The position numbers and the translations under genes are program-made. The notes below the pieces were generated by a model that saw nothing but the letters and a program-made list of their open reading frames with translations, did not search any database and was not told where the DNA came from. DNA of 64,000 bases from assembly GCF_009914755.1 (NCBI RefSeq), contig NC_060931.1, one strand, 5' to 3'. This DNA is from the human T2T-CHM13v2.0 reference genome, Homo sapiens. This document shows, piece by piece, positions 37,592-49,960 of the stretch; position 1 is the first letter of the stretch, and each line of letters begins with the position of its first letter.

Positions 37592-39049
37592 TGTTTTTAA
37601 AAGATAAATATGTTTTGTGTTTTGTTTGGTTATCTGCTGACCATTAGGAATTTCCAAAATGAAAGACAAAAATAGGAAACACACAGTAATTGAAATGTAT
37701 CTTAAAAGAAGTCAAGATGGAAATAAATTCAGAGAGTGGAAATGGAAGCAACTGAAGGAACAACATAACATGTTGCATCCTGACCACTCTTTTAATGAGC
37801 GGGTCGAAGACTTTGGAAGATGAAATTGTTTGAAGCTTTGGGAACTGGGGTGAAAGAGTCATTTATCGGTTCATTTTTTCACCCAAAACTGTTTTAAGAA
37901 CCAACCATATGACACAGAAGATACAGCTATTAAACAAAGCAAGGAGATACATGGTTGGTTGTTCAATGGAATGATGGATGGATAGATAAAGCTACTTGAG
38001 ATAGGAATTAGTATTAAGGTGAAATAAGAGAATGGGGTAGAAAGTGACTGATAGGGCAGTATTAACTAGGGTAGCTAGGGTAGTTAAGTGAAGGCTTTTG
38101 AGTCTGCTAACCTGTAAAGGGTATCTTTCTAAAAAAAGTAGATTTTCCTTCAACGTTTAATTTGGTCTAAGTCAAGTAGAACAGAAGCACAGTTAAAATA
38201 GATTAGGAATGGTCTGGATCTATTTCAATATTGTTACCTCTGCTTTGTGGAAAGGATGGGGAAGCATTTAGCAGTAGGTAGGTAAGGGAACTGGAGAAAG
38301 GCTGTTAGCTATGATTTTCTCTGTTTTTCATAGAGATCGTGAACCAAGTGCCTCTCTCTTGTATTCATATTATTAACTTGAAGTGAAGGCTCTTTTAGAA
38401 CTTGTTCCCTTTCCTTGTTCCTAAGGTTCACCCTTGTCCCTCATCTCACCTGCCCTGTCAATTGTGCTTAACATTTCTTACCCAAGCAGTATGAGTCATT
38501 GCTAGTAGTTCAGTGAAGCAAACAGTTTCTCTTTCTCAGAAACCCAAAAGAAGGGGAGCAGAGTATCTTCGCCAGCTGAAGTTAGAAGTCTTAGAACATT
38601 TTCTCATAAACACAATATTGCACACTTTTTAAAGGAGTATGAAATACAGTATTCATCACACAGGCATTTACTGTGTACCTACAACGTGCCAGGTATTTAA
38701 TTCAGGTAGATCATGGGTCAAATCACACCTTTGTTAGGCGGCTGGAGAATCATAACTTCCCAAGAAAATATTTAGCATACATAGCATACACAGTCGTCGT
38801 TGGGTTAGCAACTGGCTAGATTCGTGACATGTTGTTACAAAAAAATAGTTGTATAAGGAAGTATTTCATGAAGGTGACACATCTATTTTTTAAAAAGGGA
38901 GAAACAGCTAAGAGCTATTTTTCCTCACACATTATGCTTTGTGAATAGGGAACAATGGTGGATACACAGAGTAGGTTGGACAAACATTTTTGAGGGACTG
39001 ACACATTATCTCACATGCTTGATGCCTCATGGGGTTTTCCCTCAACATT

Positions 39050-39286
39050 CCAATTGGTCTAAGTCAAAGCACAATTAGAATAGAGCAGGAAGTGTTCTGG
39101 AGCTATTTTAATCTCCACTTAACTTCTGCCTTGTGGAAGGGGTGGGGAAGCCTTTATCAATGGGTAGGTGGGAGAACCAGGGGAAGACTGTCAGCTACGA
39201 TTTTCTCTAGCCTCAAGAAGACTGAGACCGAGCCAAACTCCTGGCCAACGTGCTTTGTGGATTCACAGTGTAGCTTGAGAAAAATG
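39050..39286 (+). promoter_or_regulatory. HDAC9: Probable alternative intronic HDAC9 promoter and first exon
   Basis: CCAATTGG 39050-39057, ETS site CAGGAAGTG 39086-39094, MEF2-like CTATTTTAAT 39103-39112, G-rich tract, then donor ATG|GTTAGT at 39286/39287. Consistent with my recollection of an HDAC9 alternative first exon ~13 kb into this intron. Confidence 0.55.
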
Positions 39287-39399
39287 GTTAGTGGTGACTT
39301 GTTTTTTCCCCCGAGTGATTATCTCATTCAATCAGTATTTATTGAGTCCTTGAAAGCTGTATTTTTTAAATGAGGCTGCTTGTTTATCTGTTTTTGTTG

Positions 39400-39820
39400 T
39401 TGTTGATTTCTTAGTCTAAGAATTACCAGGTATTTCCTTCTTCTGAGATACCTTAATGCTCTATTCCAACTGGTCATCACTGGGGAAAATTCTCTTACAA
39501 GCCCAATGCAAATGTTACCTAATGTCTGACACCATCACTGATTTCCCCTCACCTCTGTAATATTAATACTTCCCTAATTACGTGTATTTTTTTTCTCTTT
39601 CTCCCTTCTCTCTCGATCCTCATAGTCCTTTTATTACTCTCTTTAGAACATTTCCACTTTCTGTCTTACACTGTGACTGTGTATGTGTGTCCTCATCCCC
39701 CCAATTAGTTATATTATAAGCTCCAAGAGGAAAAGGATCATGTTTTACTTCTATTTTTATTCCCTACAGTACCTAGCATATAATTGATCCCTGAGACTAT
39801 TTTTAGATAAATGAATGATT
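39400..39820 (+). mobile_element. L2 3' portion
   Basis: ataagctccaagaggaaaaggatcatgtttt...tccctacagtacctagcat...aaatgaatga. Confidence 0.65.
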
Positions 39821-41290
39821 AAAGAGTACAGTGTTATTGCACAATGTGTTTTTATACATTTGGTATTTTTAAAAAATGATTTCTTCTTTTATGAAGAAAA
39901 TTACTCCTCAGTTTCTTTGTAGATTTGAAAAATGTAGACATTTTTGAGGTGTTAGAGCTTTTTGCCCCCAAATTAAAATTATTCATTATAGAATGTAAGC
40001 AGGAATGACCTCCAATGCTTTAACAATGTGTGTATGACCCTTTAAATGCTTCAGTTATTCTTAACGAAGGGAATTTGGGAATATTCTTATTTGATGTGAT
40101 TTTTCAATGAATAATGAATGCCAATAGAAATTTCCTGGGATATGTGTCTGCATTCAAAATGTGAAATGTGAAATAGCTAATTTAAGACTGCCTGAATATA
40201 AATGCATACTTTTTTTAATCCAAGAGAAGAATAAATTTAGTTGTGAAAATGATTACAGGTGTACTTTTATGTTATTCAAATAACACTTTGCATTTAATAC
40301 TATTTTTCCCTTCTCCTATGTTTTTATGTAGAGACAATTTTCTTAGATAAGGGGCAAAAATAGGTGGATTTTTCTGTTAATAATAATATCAATTGGAAAT
40401 AATTTATCCCCACAATTGCTATCTAGCTCATCTACATTTATTCTGACATTATTTAATTAGCTATATTATTTGACAAGGGGGCAAGGAATGATGATTTTTG
40501 ATGAACAATTTAATCAAAATCTCAATGCCAAGGGTATCAGTAATTTGAAAAATTATCTAAAGTAAAATGTCAGAATAAGGAGTTAACATAGTGAGATATT
40601 AAGGAAATATAGATGGAATGGGTGAATCAATCTCTATGTACAACTCTTCTAAGAGAAGAATGAGAAAATTATCTTTATGTGTATGTGGGAAAGGAATGGT
40701 ATAGGGAATAAGATATAAATCTTTCAGGGTAGTCTTTTTGCTCTATTTTATCCTTAAAACAGCATAAATTAGGATAAGGGCATTAAGACTTAGAAAATTA
40801 ATTGAGTTCGTTGATAATAGATGTGTGGGCTGAGAAAGGAGTTAGATAATAAAACCGAATTTTACAGCATAGGTGTTGAACACAGTGTAGTATATCATGG
40901 TGAACAAATGTATGCCAGTGTCCTTTTAGTGAATTTGCAAAGGCTGCCAATTAGGCTTTCTTATCATTGTTCATTTGTTTGCTAAAAGATGAACATAAAA
41001 ATATTAGAAAAAAATTATCTGAATACCAGCTTAACCTAACTTTTATATTGTAAGAAGGAAAACAACCCTCAATCAACTGATACCCGTAGTACCCCTAGTC
41101 TCTCACTATTTATTATCCCAGTAATTAAATGGACATTCTTCCACATCCTTGATCTGGAAAGATCAATATCTTTTTCTTTTTTTACTTTTTCTTTCCAGCA
41201 CATAGTTTCAAATCTGAATATAGTTATAACTCTAACGTTAGAAACCTCTATCTCAGTTCAGTCTTAGATGACTACAAACCAAACTAAATT

Positions 41291-41465
41291 GCCAGGTACA
41301 GTGGTTCATGCCTTTAATTCCAGCACTTTGGGAGGCTGCGGTGGGAGGATTGCTTGAGCCAGGAAGTCAAGGCTTCAGTGAGCCGACATCACTCCATTGC
41401 ACTCCAGCCTGGGCAGCAGAGTGAGACTCTGTCTCAAATAAATAAATAAACAAATAAAAGAAAAG
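41291..41465 (+). mobile_element. Monomeric Alu (left-arm start joined to right-arm end; FRAM-like or internally deleted AluJ)
   Basis: gccaggtacagtggttcatgcc...gagccaggaagtcaaggcttcagtgagc...gagactctgtctc followed by (AAAT)n. Confidence 0.85.
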
Positions 41466-41559
41466 ACAAATATTAAATTGTTTAGTGGACACAGGAGACA
41501 ACATTGTTCTATTTGATTATCTACTGCCCAGTCAGCTTCCTTGGGCACTCAACCAACAG

Positions 41560-42960
41560 GTAACAGAGATTATCTTTATGCTTCACCAGTCATATATATG
41601 AGACCCACTTTCTTCACACCCCTGCCAATATATTGGATATTGTCAGACTGTAGATATTTTTGCCAATCTTAAAGATGAAAATGGTAGAGAATTACTTTTT
41701 TCTGTGAATTTTTCTGACTACTGTTGGATTCGAGTGGTTTTCATATGCTATTAGCCATATGGGTTTTCTTTTATGGAGAGAGAATTCCAGGAATGCAAGA
41801 TTGGTTAAAGGAAAAAAGTCTATCAGTGAATGTTGCCCTGTTAATAATGAATTAAGCAAAAAAAAAAAAAAAAAAATCTTCTCATTAGATGTAGAAAAAC
41901 ATGCAATAAAATTCAGTATACTTCCAGCATAGAAACTCTTATTAAACTAAAAAATAGAAGAGGGAAGTAAGTATTGTTGACCAAAACCCATTCACCCTAT
42001 CTGAAACTTTATATTTAATGGTAAAATTAAAATACATTCTCTTTAATGTCAGGAATTGTCTTTGGATGTCCTAGTCAATATTTCAAGACATGAGCATTCA
42101 ATAAGATGTATTAGAAATTAAAAGGAAAATAAAATAATTGAAATAATAAAGAGTTCACTTATATTGCTCAGTACAAGGTCAGTACAAAATAAAACATTGA
42201 AAGGACTGTTTTATATAAAAAACAACCAAACACAAAATGTAATAGTGCTAGCATTTACATGGCAAATGAAACTTTTATGGAAAAATTAATAACATTGTTG
42301 AAGGGCATATAAGAAAACTTGATCAGATTTGAGCGATGCTATGCTCAGGAATAGGAAGACTACATCTTTAAAAAGTTATTTATTCCCAAATTAATCTACA
42401 TATCTCTTTGTTTTTAAAACAGTTTTTTAAAAAAGATGCTTGATGAATAGTATTAAGTCAGATACACTAAGTGATGTATAACAAGAAGTAAATCTTATTT
42501 CCACCTCAACTCTACTAACCATTCGATTTCCCACCTCATACATAGTCTGCTGTAAATTTCTTCTATACATTATATGTGTATTATATTTCAGCACAATGTT
42601 GATTAAAATCCTGACAGGATCTATGAAGGAACAAGGCATACTGATTCCAGAAATTCAAATATACGAGTAAGTGTGCACAAATGGCAGTTTTGTAAAGCAA
42701 CAAATGGAGAGAAGAAGCCTAGATGTCAAGTCATACAAAGCTGTATTAATAATGATTATTTGGTTTGGGCAGGGACATGCTCACATAGATGACAAGGAAT
42801 AGAATACAACGTTATTTTTAGTAGCTTTGTGTATGACAGAGTTTGCATCACAAATCAATGGAAAGAGGACAAACTGTTAATTAAATAGTTTGGGAACAAT
42901 TAATATATTCAGTTTTTAAACTCATAGCCAAATGATTTTGTACTCAAATATCTATGTTTG
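41560..42960. mobile_element. Old L1M fragments: antisense ~41560-41775, then sense ORF2 RT region ~41780-42960
   Basis: attccaggaatgcaagattggtt...ctcattagatgtagaaaaacatgcaataaaattcag; catcacaaatcaatggaaagaggacaaactgttaattaaatag. Confidence 0.65.
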
Positions 42961-43289
42961 CAATACTGTTGTTATCCAGTTATGCAGGTTACAATTTAAA
43001 TTTCTGCAAAGCCTATGTATTGTATCATGCATGTAGGATCTTGCATTGTATAGAGGGACCGGAAGGAATTTTATGAAGATAGGGCAGGGACTTTAGTAAA
43101 GTGGTTCTAAACTAGGTGAGAGAAGTACACAATGTTTATCTAGCTCAATTCTCAAAAAATAACTTGAGACCAAATAAAAGATTCAGATCTATGAGTACGA
43201 TAGAGTGAAATAGAGAGGTGATAATTTAGTCAAAGAAGAAAGGTAGATAACTGTATCCTAAAGCTTCACCAAGTTAGTCACTGAATAGT

Positions 43290-43480
43290 GCCTTAAAAGA
43301 CCAATGGAGAAGTGACTTTTAAGCTGATGCCTGAGTGACTAGAAGAGCCCAGCCATGCAAAGATCAAAGGACAGCAATTCCAGGCAGGGGGAACAGCCAA
43401 TGCCAAGGCCCTTGAGACCATTATGTATTTGGCTGTTCTCAGAATAAAGGCCACTGTGGCTACATCACTTTCAACACAAT
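43290..43480 (-). mobile_element. L2 fragment
   Basis: gagaagtgacttttaagctgatgcctgagtga...ttccaggcagggggaacagccaatgccaaggcccttgag. Confidence 0.75.
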
Positions 43481-44497
43481 AGAGAGGATTTTCAGGAGGT
43501 TTAGCCAAATCTGCCACTGTCTGTGTGGAGATAGGTAATCTAGCTGTCTTCTCTGGCATCTGTAAGCTAGGATGGGTTGCCTAGATTACCGTTAGGTCCC
43601 TGCCATCCTTAAAAATGTTAGGGATTTGACTTTTTAATTCCCTAAACCAGATCATATCGCAAGACTATGTCTTTCTTGAACCTCCAAAATAATTTTGATT
43701 TAGTGGGCAAATAACCCCAGTAATTTGTTTGATACTGCTAGTTTATAATCCTACAGATTTTAGGTTTAGAAACCCATTCACTTCTAGCTTATTTAAACGT
43801 TATTGCTTATTTTGAAGCTTATGCCATGTCTGACTTTGGCTTAGAATGTGTTGCCTTTTCACAAAAGTGTTGTGGTCTGTTATAGACCTGTTTACAAAGA
43901 ACTATCACTAATTGTTATGACTTATCTAGCTTAGTTTGATACCTCAAAACAATCTGAGTCAATCTTTCTTTTTCTGTGGTGTGTATATGCGTTGTATGTG
44001 TATATGCATATACAATGTATGTATTACAACTGTAATTGAACTATTTCATATTTTTCTCTGTAGCAAGTTATGTCATTCTTCTAATAGAAGTAGAAAGAAA
44101 TAGATGGAAAATTTGACTATATGCCAAATTTCTTATAGCTTAGAACTATTTATTACCATCTTAGTAATGAAGATTATTATTTGATTGTTTATCAGAAATA
44201 TAAAGTTGTATCGTTAGTGTTCATGTTTTTCTTCCAATCTCTTTGCCCAGTGACTACATTTGAATTTTCTAGGTCAATTTAAAATTGTATTTCACTTTTA
44301 AAAATTCGGACTTATTTTGGGCTAAAATAGAAATTTCAGTTAAGCACAATAACAGAGATGATTGTAAAAATGCAGAAATTCCAGTTAAATATTAACACTT
44401 AATATAATTAATTGCTGCAGGTCAGCTGCTTAATAAGTAAATAATTGTTTCCAGCTATCTTTTTTCCCCAGTTTATTTTAATCAAAATAATTTTCTT

Positions 44498-44813
44498 GGC
44501 TGTGTGCTGTGGCCCATGCCTATAAACCTCAGGATTTGGAAGGCTAAGGTGGGAGGATAGCTTGAGGCCAGGAGTTTGAGACTATCCAGGGCAACATAGT
44601 GAGACCCTGTCTCTACAAAAATAAAAACGAAAAATAATTAGCTGGCTGTTGTGGTGTGTGCCTGTAGTCCTAGCTACTCCGGAGGCTGAGGTGGGAGGGT
44701 TGCTTGAGTCCAGGAATTTGAGTTTGAAGTGAGCTATGATCATGCCGCTGCACTCTAGCCTGGATGACACATAAGACCCTGTCTCTAAAGATAATAAGAA
44801 AATAATAACAATA
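44498..44813 (+). mobile_element. Full-length AluJ with 14-bp TSD
   Basis: TSD AAAATAATTTTCTT at 44484-44497 and 44814-44827. Confidence 0.95.
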
Positions 44814-46417
44814 AAAATAATTTTCTTCGTTAAACTAGTATTTTGGGATAAGTACTACATAGTCCTTAGGAATTTTTATTCATAACTTTTTCTAAACTCC
44901 AGTTTATAGTCATATGGTTAAAATTTAAAAACAGAAAGAGAGATTATATTGGTTATTGGTTCTAAAGTCATATTTTATTGGGTTTTACACCTACTATGGT
45001 GATATTTAAATGATGCCAAAGCTACATGTTGCAATCAAGATAACAAGAGTATTTTTTCCTTCTTCCTCATTCCAATCTTTTGAAATGTAATGCATGGAAA
45101 TTTTTCTTTCATATGTTAAGTGTATCTCATTGCTGAATATAGTGTGCCTCACTGAAGTATTCACTTCGTTGCCAAAAACACATCAGTCATTCACAAATAT
45201 TCAGTATTCTGAGAATGAAATTTTTTTTTAGCTACTTGGGTAGTTGGTGAAAGCCAGTTTGCAAAGATTTCTAACTCCTACAGCGTTAGACATATTATGT
45301 GGAATCCAGGGCTAAGCAGCAGCTCCCAAAACATGAGGTAGAGTTCTAGATACATTGGACCCTTCAGGCCACAGTATCCTGGACCAAGATTTGTAGCCAG
45401 TTAACAGAATGGCAGTAAGCAGTCTTCTATTTTGTCAGTGAGATCAAAGAGCATTATAATTTTGGAGAACAAAGGGGGTTCCATCCCTGAGCACATTCAT
45501 TAGCATTTAAAGGAAATAGTTATAAAATAAAAATACAATCCCTGAGTTAATTAAAACATGGAGTTTCAACATAAGCAAACCTAAGGCTTAGAAGATTGGT
45601 TGACATATAATAATTGCTTAATGAATATTCATGGGATAAGTGAATGAATGAATGGATTGAATATCATCCATTTACAGCAGCTGATATTTCAAGTGCACAT
45701 GTGCGTTTGCACTTTAAATGTTCTAGGCTTTTTATCCTGGGTTTTCTAGGCATAAGATATATAAAGAATATATTTTAAAAGCCAATTTTTAATTTTAAAA
45801 CTTAAAGGGAAGAAGAACTTCTTTTCATTCTTCATGATGCTTTTACTAAGGACACATTATTATTTTTATGAATATTAACTACGTCATACTTCAAATATGG
45901 AGGTTCTTCAGTCACACTTAAAATTTTTTGGGTTGTTTTCTTCAGACAAAAATGGCTTTGCAGCTGTGATTTTATACTCTTCATCCTGCCTGCGGGCCTC
46001 TTTCTAGTAGGGCCACATTGTGTCATCCTAATTTATTATGTGCAGTATAGTTAGAGAATAAAACCTCAGATGGTTGGGCTTATTGCGTTGGTTTCTAAAA
46101 TGAAATTTAAAAGACCTTTAAGAAGGATTTCCTCTGGGTAAATATATTCAGTTATGCTCATATCCATAGAAAATGTAATTTGGACAATAAAAGGCCAAAA
46201 TCACTTGAGTCTTTGGTATGTTCTGGATAGCTGGTGTTTTTAGAGTTGTGATTTCCAGGAAGGAGGATGTCACCTTACCGCCCTAGTCAATATCCTATTT
46301 ACTTAAGAACAGAAACAGGGAAAGGACAACTCAACCTTCCTCTCACCTCCTTCACATGAGAACCCCAGAGGATGTTCTGATGTGTGTCAAATTCACATTC
46401 TAGATAGTAATATATTA

Positions 46418-46807
<390 letters not shown>

Positions 46808-48139
46808 TTACTTAAAAAGACATCTGATTTTAGGCTTCTTTTTCTGGCAACAACAACAACCACCACCATCACCCCAATTCAGCCAGCATTCTCTACATTT
46901 CTAATTTATGTTTAAATAAATATGAATATTTAGTCCAAGATAAATTTTTTGATCAAAACTGATGATCTCACACATTGACAGATTTACTTTCTGGTATTTA
47001 AAGACAAACATATTCAGAAAGGTTAAGCAGTGCAGGGCGTCATGTGCTTACAGGAATTGATATCTTTTAAGAGTCCGTCATTGTGACTGCCTCATTTCAC
47101 GGCTTGCCACCTGACTCTGTTCTTACAAACGATAAAAGTTCAAATAATACATTATGAAAATGCGTTCTGAGGATGTTTTATTTACTTGCTACTTTCCACT
47201 TGTAGTTTCATGTCAAGTATGGTCCCTTACACCTGGTAAGAACTGAATACCATGTTTGGGAATGAACGAACTAAAGGATCAGCTTGTGTGATGCGAGAGC
47301 TGCCTGCATTATTTCCTCCCCTCCATTTCTCCTCTTTTACAGTCTAGAGTCTAGTATGGCTGCTCTCATAGTTCTTCTATACATTCATTCTAAAGAATTA
47401 GCTGTAATCTATTACACATCATATACCAACTTTGTTATTCTCTTGTCAGTCACATATCTTTTCTCAACACTGATTTGAACATTTGTCCATCTTTCAGAAC
47501 ACGATGTTGCAGGTAGAAGAGTACAAGTTAAGACAGGATGCCTTAATTAAAGAAGAGGCCTTTACTCCTGTTTTCTTCCATTCTCACCCCTCTGTTTCTG
47601 CCAGAATTGTGACAGCAGGGCAGAAAATGGGCTTTTCGTGCAGAGTTGACAAGATACAGGGTAGTGAAGACAAGAATCTTCTTTCACATGCTAAGAAACT
47701 CCTGACTATACTTCTGAAGTAGTAATTGGAATGACAGCTTTTCTGGCTGAAGTACAATTTTTTTGTTTTAAAAATACAAATGGTCCCTCTCATTTTCTAT
47801 TCCCAGTTCTTTCACTCACATGCTCACACTTACAGTTATACAGTGTTCACACATACATTTTTCATTGTTTTCTCATTTGAAATAAAATGTTATGAGAAAT
47901 TTTCACCATAAGCAAATAATCACTTATTTTATTTGTTTTAATTGAGCTTTTAAAAGGACATTATTTATTATTATTTCACACACTCGTGCATTTATTGATT
48001 TACTCTCTCCCACAGTGATTGATTTACCGGTATTTATCTTCTCCAACTAGACTGACTTCTAATGACTCATTTATTTGGGAACTTCTTCTATACGAATCAA
48101 AATCAAGAGTTTGAAGTAACCCAGAAAGAGACTTGGAGA

Positions 48140-48300
48140 GCCCAAGGGATCTGTGAATGAGCTTTAGGCAGTTTCTGAATCTAAGAAAATTGTCTGCAAA
48201 CAAATATATTTGTGTACATATGCATTTTTGGGGAGAGACTGTCAATTCCATGTCTTAATACTCAAAGAAGTTTGTGTCCCTAGCAAACGTAAGTGATCAA
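48140..48300. mobile_element. hAT-Charlie-type MITE fragment
   Basis: gggatctgtgaatg...tgcatttttggggagagactgtc...tactcaaagaagtttgtgtccc resembles Charlie-derived MER elements. Confidence 0.4.
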
Positions 48301-49049
48301 TTTTAGAAAGAGTGATAACAAATTTGATTATTTGGGTCTTCAGCCCAAGACTAAAAGGCATAGATTACAAGCAGGGGAGTTTACTAGATTTAGACTACCT
48401 AAAGACTTACCTAGAGCCACAGCACACAATAAAAAGCAAAAAGAAAACCAACCCATCTTCCAAATATAGAAAAGGTCGAGAAATTAATGCAAAAGCTTGT
48501 CCCACCTCCATTAAAGCCGACTGCTGTATTTAACTGGCCCTGAGGGAACCACAGTTTCACAATGCAGTTACGGAAAGGCCAGTAATAGCCCTGGCTGGCT
48601 CCTCCATGTCATAGATATCTTTAAAATCAGAGATGTATCTAACCCATTTTGGAAAGCATACCTTAAAACATTAAAGTGTTTTTGATATTTCAAGGAAAAG
48701 GCTTCCGACATGTGAAATGTTTATTTTCTAGATTCTCTTATTCCAAAATGAAATCAAACGTGTATGAAGCTGTGGGATGTGTCGTTTGCCCCTTGAAGCT
48801 ATAGTGTGGTAGAAATTGAATCTTTATGTCCAGAAGCCCAGTGTCTGTATTATTAGTTTTGCAAACATCTGTGGGCTCTAAGTGATTGATAAATACTATG
48901 TATAGAATTAACCTAAAGTTTAGTTTGAAGACCCTACTTCATAGATCAATATGAAAATGATGCCAGCAAAAAATATAGTTTAGACATTGTGCCTTGGAAA
49001 AATATTTCTATTTATATTAATGAGCTTATGTGATGTCATCACAACTCAT

Positions 49050-49960
49050 TCTAGGAAAGATCTAGGTCAGTGTAATCCTATCTAGAGAAAGTTAAAAAAG
49101 AATAATTGTTGACTTGGTATTCTTCGTAGTCAGAAACAAATTAAATGACAAATTATGACACTATTTTTTATTACATGACAGACAAATAAAAAGTTACCAT
49201 ATATTAAATGCTCAAGAGGTTAATATCTATAAAGCAGAAATATAAACTGTAAATCAGTAAGAAATACCAGTAACTCAGTGGATAAATAATCAAAGGCTAT
49301 GAATAAGACATTTACAAAGGAATAACCAAAAATAGGCAGTAAGTATCCGAGAAGATGATCAATCTTTGTCATGATTAACACATCAATGAGGTGCCATTTT
49401 TGTCAACATTATGGGAGTAAAAATAAATGACTAGATAATGCTTAGTGTTGATTGTGGTTTGGAGGAAAGGGGTGTTGTCATGTATTAGTGGAAGAGCACA
49501 CTGTTCAAATTTTGGAGCAGCATAAATTGGCAGTACTATAAAAATTAAAAATCTACACACCCAACAATCTAGTAATTCCACTTAATTGGTATACAGAAAT
49601 ACTTGCACAAATTCACAATAATTTATGTACCAGGATATTTATCAGCAGTTTTATTTATAATAATGGAAAACTGAGGGCAATCTAACTATAAGTCAATACA
49701 TAATCCATACTCTGAAATACAAGTCATTAAAGTTATTAAGTAATGTCTGAAGATATTAACATAGAAGGATGAGCTCAATATATTAATGAATGCAAAAAAA
49801 TGTAGAATGGTATACAGTACATATAGCATAGTAAGCTCAACTAATGGATTCATGGTACTTGTTTCCATTATTTTATTGTTGTAGTAGGAGCAGAAAAGTA
49901 GTAAAAGTATTTTAACCCAAAGAAAAAAAATGCTAGCATGAAAATCACAGTTCAATAAAG
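49050..49960 (+). mobile_element. L1ME-type ORF2 end and 3' UTR
   Basis: caaaggctatgaataagacatttacaaagg...cccaacaatctagtaattccactt...atttataataatggaaaactg. Confidence 0.75.

Noticed and set aside
39029-39373. 114-aa ORF across the alternative promoter
   Set aside because: Starts upstream of the motif cluster and runs through the donor; the duplicate copy has indels that break the frame.
47485-47520. Possible 15-nt micro-exon (ctttcag|aacacgatgttgcag|gtagaa)
   Set aside because: Weak donor and no supporting evidence; such patterns are common in long introns.
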